DNA from: a virus
Lineage: Duplodnaviria > Heunggongvirae > Uroviricota > Caudoviricetes
Virus record (IMG/VR): IMGVR_UViG_3300046810_000041
Location: 1-64,000 of that record
Reading direction: 5' to 3' (one strand)
Length of the DNA: 64,000 bases
The number at the start of each line of letters is the position of its first letter. Position 1 is the first letter of the stretch. The translations under genes were made by a program, and so were the position numbers. Under the pieces are notes generated by a model, which was given only the letters and a program-made list of their open reading frames with translations, made no database searches and had not been told where the DNA came from. This document shows, one piece after another, positions 53,801 to 62,324 of this stretch.

Positions 53801-56571
53801 TGCTGGAAGTAAGTAATGCTAAGGCCAACACTGGCTTTGGTATTGACTTCAAAGCTCTTCATGATATCCCTTCGGCATTTAAGCTGGAAATGAATGAGCT
53901 GATTCAGCAACTGGAAAAGCAGAAGTTGCGTCTGACTTATCGTGACCTGATTGTCACTACGGATATGTCTGCTGATGCTAAGAGAGACGCCGATAAGAGA
54001 ATGGCTGAAGCGCTTGCCGCTATTGGTCAAACTCAAGATGCTATCCGGAAGAAATTCCAAGATGCATACGACATGGCTCCTGGTGTTATGGGTCGAGTTC
54101 AAGCAATGAAAGGGTATGGTGTTGATGAGACGCCTGAACCAGTGTTTACGGACCTGAGCCCTGAAAAGCAACGAGCTTATACCGACAAACAGATGCATCT
54201 CAAAGAACTGAAAGACATTCTGTCGAGTATCCAAGATGGTACCGCGAGCTTTAAGTTCGATGACAAGAAAGTTGAAGATAAGTTCTTCGGTGATCTCCGT
54301 AAAGGAATCCGCGATACGACTGCAGAGCTGGCAGAAATGCTTCCTACTGCAACTAATGCTCTGGGTATCCTTGAGCGTATGGGTCGTATTGGTTTCAATG
54401 TAAACGCAAACCAGTTGTACCGTCTTCCGAAGAAACTTCGTGATGATGCTGCAGCTAAGGGCGATGAGTACAAAGAAATCAACTTCAAGCTGACACGTGA
54501 AGGTAGTCAGAATCTGTCGGATGACGAGAAGAAAGCACTGATTGCGAAACAAGATGCTCTGCGTAAGTGGGGTGAAGAGCAATCGGCTAAGCTTCCTAAA
54601 TCGTTCTCGGACAAGATGGCTGCTGTTTCGGCTGCTGGTGTTAATCTTGATATGGGCACAGCTTTCCGCTTGCCGCCTGGTATCATTGATCAATACATGA
54701 AGATCGCTGATGAGATTGGTGTCATCACACGACAGGCTGCTCGTCTGGATGAATCGTCTACTCCTGCTCAAGTTTCGGCTTTGGGTAAGAGCTACGAGGA
54801 ACTGGTCAAGAAGTTGCGTTCGCTGAGTGAAGCAAACATGAACTACGGAGAGAAACTCAACTTCGTCAATAGCAACCTCCAGGACGCTAAAGTGACGGGT
54901 GATGAGTGGGCTCGTATGACCAACAAGCAACGTGATGCTATGATTGAGCTTGCAAAAGCACATCGTGATTACGAAGAGCAGTTGGAACGTTCGAAGAACC
55001 CTAACTCGAAGAAAGCTCAAGAATTGCGTGCTCGTATTCGTGAACTCGAAGAACAGTCGAAGGACAATCCAGGACGTACTCTAGGTGGTGCTGCTTCTGA
55101 TTCGATCAATCGTGCTGGTGTATCCACAAGTGAGTCTGTTGTAGGTCGTATGAATGTTGATGATCAAGTTAATCTGAAGAAGATGGCTGATCAAATCAAC
55201 TTGCAGAAGGCAAAGAATCTTCAGGAAATGAACCCACAAGTTCGTCGTGCTGGAGAAGATATTGTCGCTGATCTGACTGAAAAGCTGACTAACGCTGTGG
55301 CTGCATCTACTGTCACTTCAGGTATCACTGCAATCTCTGGTGCTGGTGTTAATATCACCCAAGCAGGTTACAATCTGGTGGATGAAGCTAATCGTGCTAT
55401 GCTGCAAGGTATGGCTGGTGAGATTCGTCGTCAACAAGGGATTGTGGCTACTACTCTGGATCCTGTTGCTCGTATGGCAGCTCAGAAGAAGCTCAATGAA
55501 TTGACAATTTCTTTGCAGAATCAAGTTGCAAAGCTGACAATGGATCGTGCTAATTCGGGTGCTTACCAAGCAGGTCAAACTCTGGCGCAGAATATGCATC
55601 AGAATATGACTCAAGGTATTTCTGATGTCCTGAAAGGGAAATCAACAATCAAGGATGCATTACTCGGTGTTGTGGACACGTTCACAAATGGAATCATCGA
55701 TAGCTTCGTTGGTGGTATGACTTCTGCTATCAGTGGCAAAGGTGGTATCCTGGATACTATGATGGGTGGTGTTGGCGAAGGTGTATTCGGTTGGGCTAAA
55801 GGTTTGTTCGGTGGAAACACTCAGAACGAGAAAGACTATGCAACTCAAGCAATGCAAGAAGCTGCTTCGGCAATGAAAGCGTTGGTAGCTGCAATCTCTG
55901 GTGTAATGCCAGGAGGTCTGAATCCTTTCAGCACACCTGATACTTCGGCATCTACCGCACCAATCAAGGCAGGTCTGGACAGCATGGGTGAGAAGATCAG
56001 AGACGGTAACACTTCTCTGGCTACGATCCTGGGCGGTTCTTTGACTAGCCTTGGAGGAATGATTACAGCAGGTCTGCAAGGGCTGATGACTGTGATGGTT
56101 CCAGGTAGCGGCGGCGGTGGTGGCTGGCTCGGTATCGCAATGGCTGGCCTGAGTGCTATGTCTGGCTCTGGCATGTTTGGCGCGGCTGCAGGTGCTGCTG
56201 GTAGCGCAAGTACGATGCTGACTGCTGCTGACTTGTCTCTCCCTGCTTCGATGATTCGTGAGAATGCTTCGTTCATGGACAGCCTGTCTCAGCTGCCAGA
56301 CTTCAAACCTGCAGGGCAATTTGCTATCGGTGGAGTGATCCCTGGTACACGTGGTATGCCTGTTCCGATCATCGGTCACGGTGGTGAGGTCATTCTGAAT
56401 GCAGCACAACAGAATGCTCTTCTGCATGGTGGCGGTGCTAAATCGGAAGCAACCTTCAATCTGCATATTACTGGTGATGTGTCTACGCAAACTCGTCAAG
56501 AGATTGCTCGGATGATTCCTCAGATTGCAGCAGGTGTTAACCAAACCAACCTTGAGAAAGGAAGAAGATGA
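47821..56571 (+). CDS. Tail tape measure protein (2916 aa)
   Basis: Classic N-terminal tape-measure block [58 protein letters not shown]. Long coiled-coil regions and Gly/Ala-rich membrane-like segments. Position after G/GT. Confidence 0.8.
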   Translation: [2916 protein letters not shown]

Positions 56572-56701
56572 GATACGCTAACACTTTGAAAGGAGGTGAT
56601 CCCATCTACTCATTGGTCTAACTGACTAATGTTTCGTAAGACTTCGCTAATGATCCTTAGTGAGGTCTTACCTTAGATTAGTCAACAAATAAGGATATAA
56701 A

Positions 56702-57331
56702 ATGAAAATCGGAATTTTGAAATCAAGTGTCAACACAGGTCTCGATACAGAGATCAAGTTCGAGCTGGTTACTCCTCTGAATATTGTTTCTAATCAACCT
56801 GCATTTGCAAGTGAAATGATGAGCTTGCGTAGAAATATTATTTCAATGAATACCCAGCGATGGGAAGTTACAGCAAACGTTATGCCGTCTAACGATGACA
56901 GCTCTGCTAACTTCCTGGTGCATGCAGTTACCTATGGCTACAATCGTAAAGTATATTTGCGAGTACCCCAGATTTATCGCGGGAGTGCACCAACCCCTGC
57001 CTATACTGATATCACGCTAACAAGTCCTGTAGTGAGAGGAGCTTCTGTGCTTCCTCTGACAGGCAACAATAGTAAGAAGATCAAAGATGGCGAGTTTATT
57101 AACGTGACGGGTCATGACAAAGTATACCTTGTTACAGAAGTCACTGCGGATGGATCGGCAATCACTATCGAGCCACCTCTGCGGAAAGATACTCTGAATG
57201 GTGTGAAGATTGCTTATGGTTCCCGTACCACCATGGTTTGCAAATATGGTATGGACTCTGTGCTTGGAATCAAGTACACTGACGGTATTTTGGCGGACCC
57301 TGGTGCTTTCACATTTATCGAGGATATCTAA
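56702..57331 (+). CDS. Tail-tip assembly protein (lambda M/L-like position), hypothetical
   Basis: 209-aa ORF directly after the TMP. Confidence 0.4.
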   Translation: MKIGILKSSVNTGLDTEIKFELVTPLNIVSNQPAFASEMMSLRRNIISMNTQRWEVTANVMPSNDDSSANFLVHAVTYGYNRKVYLRVPQIYRGSAPTPAYTDITLTSPVVRGASVLPLTGNNSKKIKDGEFINVTGHDKVYLVTEVTADGSAITIEPPLRKDTLNGVKIAYGSRTTMVCKYGMDSVLGIKYTDGILADPGAFTFIEDI

Positions 57332-57948
57332 TGAAATATGTAAGCCCCGCAGTTCAAGTTCTCCTGCAATCGGGAGATATTATGTATTACCATTTAGTCA
57401 AGATCGGCCCATTCCGAGACTTCAATGGTAATCTACAGACTTGGCGGCATACTCAGGTTCCTGGTGGTATCAGCATTGACGGTGAGTACTTCACTGATGA
57501 TAATACGCTTATGCATATTGATCCACCAAGACAATCTGCTGCTGTAGACCGCGAGTCTTTCAAGATCGCTTACTCTGATAATGGATTCGATCTACGACCA
57601 TACTTCGAAGGTAACTTCTCAGGTATCCCTGTTGAAATCTATATCGGCTTTTATAACACTTCTGATCAAGTGCTGAGTGGTGTCGCCCCTGGAATGCCAC
57701 TGAATACCCGAAGCGATCTGATGATGGTTTATGCAGGTAACACTGATGCACCTTCTTACAATATTGATACTAGAAGTGAAGTGATTGTCACCATTGAGTG
57801 CACATCACCTATGGGTGCATTGCAGATGATTCGTACTTTGAATACAAACAAAGAGTCTCTTCAACTGAGAAATCCGAATGATACTGCCTATGATGAACTG
57901 TATGTAGGTTCCAAAGGCCTAACCCTGTTGTGGGGAAAGAGGACTTAA
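57331..57948 (+). CDS. Tail-tip assembly protein (lambda L/K-like position), hypothetical
   Basis: 205-aa ORF; ATG overlaps the upstream stop. Confidence 0.4.
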   Translation: MKYVSPAVQVLLQSGDIMYYHLVKIGPFRDFNGNLQTWRHTQVPGGISIDGEYFTDDNTLMHIDPPRQSAAVDRESFKIAYSDNGFDLRPYFEGNFSGIPVEIYIGFYNTSDQVLSGVAPGMPLNTRSDLMMVYAGNTDAPSYNIDTRSEVIVTIECTSPMGALQMIRTLNTNKESLQLRNPNDTAYDELYVGSKGLTLLWGKRT

Positions 57949-57949
57949 C

Positions 57950-60900
57950 ATGCCATTTTTAACTCCTGTTATTATCGCTTGGATTTCATTCGCTATTACG
58001 GTAGCGAGTACGATTTACCAACGAGAAAGACAAAGAAAATTAGCTTCTCAAGCTGCAGATGCGGCTGACAAGCAAAAGGGCTTCCAGCTAACAGCTGAAG
58101 GTCAAGTTGCACCGTTGAATGTGTTCTACGGTCGTAACAAAGTGGGCGGTACCCGAGTCTTCCATAAAGTCTCTGGTAATTACTACTATGGGCCGCCTAC
58201 TGCTGGTGGTACTGCATTTACCACTAAGGGTAATGCAACATACATGTCTCGTAAGACATCGCTTCAAATCCAACAGATGTCGATGTATTTGCCTGACAAC
58301 TTTGATGGCCATGGATCGGCTGCTAAGAGCGGTGTAGTGGTGACAGGGGTAGGCGCTTCGCTTGATGCAACTACTATGACATTTACTATCCCGGCAAACT
58401 CGACGATCATTCCACTGATTCAGGCTGGGGCAGATAATGCAGCAGGTTATATTACTCTGTCGCACACTCCTCTGTTTGATTTCGATATGAATGTTGCTAG
58501 CTTTCACTTCGAAGGCTCTATCGGGGAACTTGAGGATCACAATTACCGAATCCTGTCCTACGATGCTGTTACTCGTAAGATGGTGGTTCAACTACCATTT
58601 ACTGTGTCTGATGCTCTTAGCACGGGTATGGCAAAGACTGTTACAAATACTAAGAACGAATTCCTGTTTATTCAGCAGGTGATTGGCTATAAAGGTATCA
58701 ACAAGATCTATAGTGTTGATATCAATGGTCAAGACTACCGTGACCCTTCTTTCGGCGACTCTGGCCGTATCCATGTGTATACTGACGGTAATGTATCAGA
58801 TAACATGATGGCCCAGAACTTTGCTGAGCGTAGCAAGGCTTACTTTACTGATGCTGCATACGCATCTATGGTATTCAGGTTGAATCGTGATGATCCTCAG
58901 TACAATGGTATTCCTGAAGTTCAGTTCTATATCGAAGGCCAGAAGATTTATCGAGTAGTGAAGAATGCAGATGGGTCTTATGGTCTCTCCGCTACCCGTA
59001 CTTACTCGAATACTCCTTCGCTGTGTCTTCTGGACTACCTTCTGAATTCTGCATACGGTAAAGGCGTACCACTCGATAAGATCGATCTGGAATCCTTTTA
59101 CCATGCAACTACAATTTGCGAGCGTTTGGTTCCGGTTAACGGTAGCTATGGCTTGGAAATTGGCGGTAAGCTGTGGGAAACTAAAAGCTTAACCACTACT
59201 CGTACTATTCAGTTGTATGAATGCAATATGGGTATCGATACCTCGAAGACTATTCGTGATAACATCGATGTGCTGCTCGAAACCATGGGTCGTGCTGAAC
59301 TCGTATGGTCTGGTGGTAAGTACAAATTGCAGCTCGAATACCCGATGGAATTTGGTAAGGCGCATACCGAGAACAAAGCACTAGTAGGTGTTTCTGGTAT
59401 TGGTATGGCAGATGGTCCTGGTGCTTACCATGCAGGTGACATTGTTCAGTACCCTCCTGGATATGACAACACAGTTGATCTGTATCGCAGCACTGTAGAT
59501 AATAACGTGTCCACTCCTGGTGTAAGTAACACTTGGGTGAGAAATGTGGTCTCCGCTTATTTGTCTGACGATGATATCTTGAAAGACGAAGCTATCACTC
59601 AGACGTGGCCTTCAAGCCAGAATAAACTGAACTTCTACACAGTACGCTTCAATAACGAGGCTAAAGACTTTGCGGAAGACAGTGTGTCATGGCCGCCTAA
59701 GAATGGTGATAATGGTGTCTATCTGGCGTATCTAGCGGAAGATAACAATCAGCAACTTGAGGGTGAAACCTTCCAGTCTGGTGATACAACTTACTACCAT
59801 GCTCTCGCAACAGCAGAAGAGAAAGTACGTGCATCACGTTCTCAAGTGGTCTACAAGTTTGGAGTCTCTACAGAGTTCTCTTACTTGGAGCCTGGTGATT
59901 TTATCAAGATCAACAGTGAAGTGCTCAATATTGATGGTGAGTTGCTGCAGATCGAAGAAATCTCAGTTGAAGATGCGAGCACTGCGGTTATCCAGGCAGT
60001 TAAGTACGATGCTCGTAATTTGGCTTGGAATGCCAAAGATAACGAAGTAGTTAGACAGCGTAATGTTTATGACTCTTCGTTAGACCAAGCAAGTAACCTT
60101 GTGTTCACTCCGGTGACTTCTGCTCAGCCTGGTATTGATAGTTTGTCTTCGGGTATTCTGTCTTGGGTTCGTGCTCGGGATACACGTGTACGCCGTTACA
60201 GTGTGAAGGTCACTCAGAAGTCTCTGTCTGAAGTTAATGAGAATACTGAATGGCTTGACTTGGGAAGCACAGATGGGACGACTATGTCGATTCCAATCTT
60301 GCAGCCTGGTTACTTCACGTTTACCGTGGTAGCAATGAATGACAATGGAGTTCTTGCTCCATTCTACAATCCGTTGACGGGTTCTACTTGGCCTCTGCTG
60401 AATGCGAACTCCTCTTTGTCGGCTCTTGGTCTTTCTACTGCTAGCCTCAGCATCTATATGCGATCGAAGACTAAACCACCAACTCCAAAGAATGCTGCAG
60501 AACCTTTTGGTGGTACCTACGACTTCTTGACTTCGGTAATGACAAGCTTGCCTGCAGACTGGTCTACAGTTGTTCCAGAAGGAGAAGACAGTCTGTATAT
60601 CTCGAATGCGATGGTGACTGTACGTTATCCGGATACACTCTGCAAGAATATTACTTGGTCTGATCCAAAGGCTTTCTACTTGAGTGGTATTGAGACTCAC
60701 GTCATGACAGCCTACGCTCGCGGTGCTCCTACGAAAGCGCCCACAGGTGGCTCGTATACGTTCCCTGCTGGTACCGCTGCAAACCCATTAGGGGTACCAC
60801 CAACGAGCGATGACGGCACGACCTGGGCTATGTCTGACCCTGGTGGTGCAGGCGCTTTGTGGTCCTCAGTCGCTCTGGCTTCAGGGCCGCATACCGGGCT

Positions 60901-62314
60901 GAACACAAATCAGCTTGTATGGTCTACACCAACAGTGATGATTCAGCCGAATGACCTTGTAGCAGAGGTTTACATGTATGTTTGGGGCCCAATTGCTCCG
61001 AATGTAACTGCGGGTAAGACTAAGTACACTTGGGGTACTGGCTCTCATACAGTTACCACATCGGTTACAGGTGCTAATAGCGTTGTCTGGAGTCTGGATG
61101 TCCCTACTAACTCGAATGCAAATAATATCTATTTGTATAGAGCAAAGAAACGAGTAGTCGCTCCGAGTGGTTCTGTGTTTACAGATATCGACTGGACTAT
61201 CGGTGTCACCATTGAGCAGATCAGTAAAGAGGGTGTTCCAGGCCTCAAGACAGCTAACCTGAAAGCCTACCAATGGGCTCTTAGCGCACCAACTGTGACC
61301 GCCACTCCGGATACCTATAACTGGACTACCAAAGCTGCTGGTGCTGTTCCCACTGGTTGGGCTTTAACAGCACCTGCTGCACCGTCTCCAGGATTTACTC
61401 TTTGGACGGTGGAGGTGGTTGTCACTGAATCTACTACCGTGAATACTACTGCGTTTAACTGGAATATTGGCCGCATCTCTGCCGCTGGTTACGCAGGTTT
61501 GAATGGTAGCAGCTTGAACACTTGGGTTATGTACTCTGATAATTCAGATGGTTCTGGTATGTATGCGACCCCAACTACAACAACCTTGTATATTGGTATT
61601 GCAGTTAACCAAGCATCAGCAACTAAAGGCACAAACCCAGCTTCGTACACTTGGAGTAAGTTCAAAGGCGACCAAGGTGTTAAGGGCGACAATATGTATA
61701 CTTGGATTAAGTATGCTGATAGCTCTGCAGGTGCAGGTTTAAGTGATGATCCTACTGGTAAAACATATATCGGTATGGCTTTCAATAAAATTACTGCAAC
61801 TGAATCTACAGTAGCTACTGACTACGTTTGGTCTCTGATCAAAGGTGGTGATGGCGCTAAGGGTGATTCTTACCGTACTTGCTACGCTAAAACAACTGCT
61901 AGTAGTATGGCCGGGACCCCTGCTACTGTTACAACAGCTGGTAGCTCTTCATTCCCGGCTGTAGGTACTTGGTCAACAGGTGCTACATGGTCAGCTAATC
62001 CTCCTGCTCTTGCTGCTGGTGAATCGCTGTACCAATCGGACGGTGTTTACTCCACGTCTACTGGAAATACTATCTGGACTGTTCCTTACTTGAGTTCTCT
62101 CAAAGTAGGCAGTCTTAACGCAATCACAACCAATACTGGTGACTTGACGGTTACTGGTACCTTATCGAGCGGAAATGGAAACTTTTCAACTGACTCAACG
62201 GGTAAAACAGTTATTCGTTCGGCTTCCACAGGTGATCGTACAGAGCTATCAAACGATGGTATCATTATTTACGCGGCTGGGGCAATTCGTATCAGGATTG
62301 GTAAACTTATTTAA
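57950..62314 (+). CDS. Host-specificity / central tail fibre protein (lambda J-like), 1454 aa
   Basis: SLCLLDYLLNSAYGKGVPLDKIDLESFYHATTICERL parallels the lambda J block AWCLWDMLTHPRYGMGKRLGAADVDKWALYVIGQYCDQ. A fibronectin-III-like segment (YSVKVTQ...FTFTVVAMNDNG) is present. Confidence 0.65.
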   Translation: MPFLTPVIIAWISFAITVASTIYQRERQRKLASQAADAADKQKGFQLTAEGQVAPLNVFYGRNKVGGTRVFHKVSGNYYYGPPTAGGTAFTTKGNATYMSRKTSLQIQQMSMYLPDNFDGHGSAAKSGVVVTGVGASLDATTMTFTIPANSTIIPLIQAGADNAAGYITLSHTPLFDFDMNVASFHFEGSIGELEDHNYRILSYDAVTRKMVVQLPFTVSDALSTGMAKTVTNTKNEFLFIQQVIGYKGINKIYSVDINGQDYRDPSFGDSGRIHVYTDGNVSDNMMAQNFAERSKAYFTDAAYASMVFRLNRDDPQYNGIPEVQFYIEGQKIYRVVKNADGSYGLSATRTYSNTPSLCLLDYLLNSAYGKGVPLDKIDLESFYHATTICERLVPVNGSYGLEIGGKLWETKSLTTTRTIQLYECNMGIDTSKTIRDNIDVLLETMGRAELVWSGGKYKLQLEYPMEFGKAHTENKALVGVSGIGMADGPGAYHAGDIVQYPPGYDNTVDLYRSTVDNNVSTPGVSNTWVRNVVSAYLSDDDILKDEAITQTWPSSQNKLNFYTVRFNNEAKDFAEDSVSWPPKNGDNGVYLAYLAEDNNQQLEGETFQSGDTTYYHALATAEEKVRASRSQVVYKFGVSTEFSYLEPGDFIKINSEVLNIDGELLQIEEISVEDASTAVIQAVKYDARNLAWNAKDNEVVRQRNVYDSSLDQASNLVFTPVTSAQPGIDSLSSGILSWVRARDTRVRRYSVKVTQKSLSEVNENTEWLDLGSTDGTTMSIPILQPGYFTFTVVAMNDNGVLAPFYNPLTGSTWPLLNANSSLSALGLSTASLSIYMRSKTKPPTPKNAAEPFGGTYDFLTSVMTSLPADWSTVVPEGEDSLYISNAMVTVRYPDTLCKNITWSDPKAFYLSGIETHVMTAYARGAPTKAPTGGSYTFPAGTAANPLGVPPTSDDGTTWAMSDPGGAGALWSSVALASGPHTGLNTNQLVWSTPTVMIQPNDLVAEVYMYVWGPIAPNVTAGKTKYTWGTGSHTVTTSVTGANSVVWSLDVPTNSNANNIYLYRAKKRVVAPSGSVFTDIDWTIGVTIEQISKEGVPGLKTANLKAYQWALSAPTVTATPDTYNWTTKAAGAVPTGWALTAPAAPSPGFTLWTVEVVVTESTTVNTTAFNWNIGRISAAGYAGLNGSSLNTWVMYSDNSDGSGMYATPTTTTLYIGIAVNQASATKGTNPASYTWSKFKGDQGVKGDNMYTWIKYADSSAGAGLSDDPTGKTYIGMAFNKITATESTVATDYVWSLIKGGDGAKGDSYRTCYAKTTASSMAGTPATVTTAGSSSFPAVGTWSTGATWSANPPALAAGESLYQSDGVYSTSTGNTIWTVPYLSSLKVGSLNAITTNTGDLTVTGTLSSGNGNFSTDSTGKTVIRSASTGDRTELSNDGIIIYAAGAIRIRIGKLI

Positions 62315-62324
62315 AGGTGATAAT

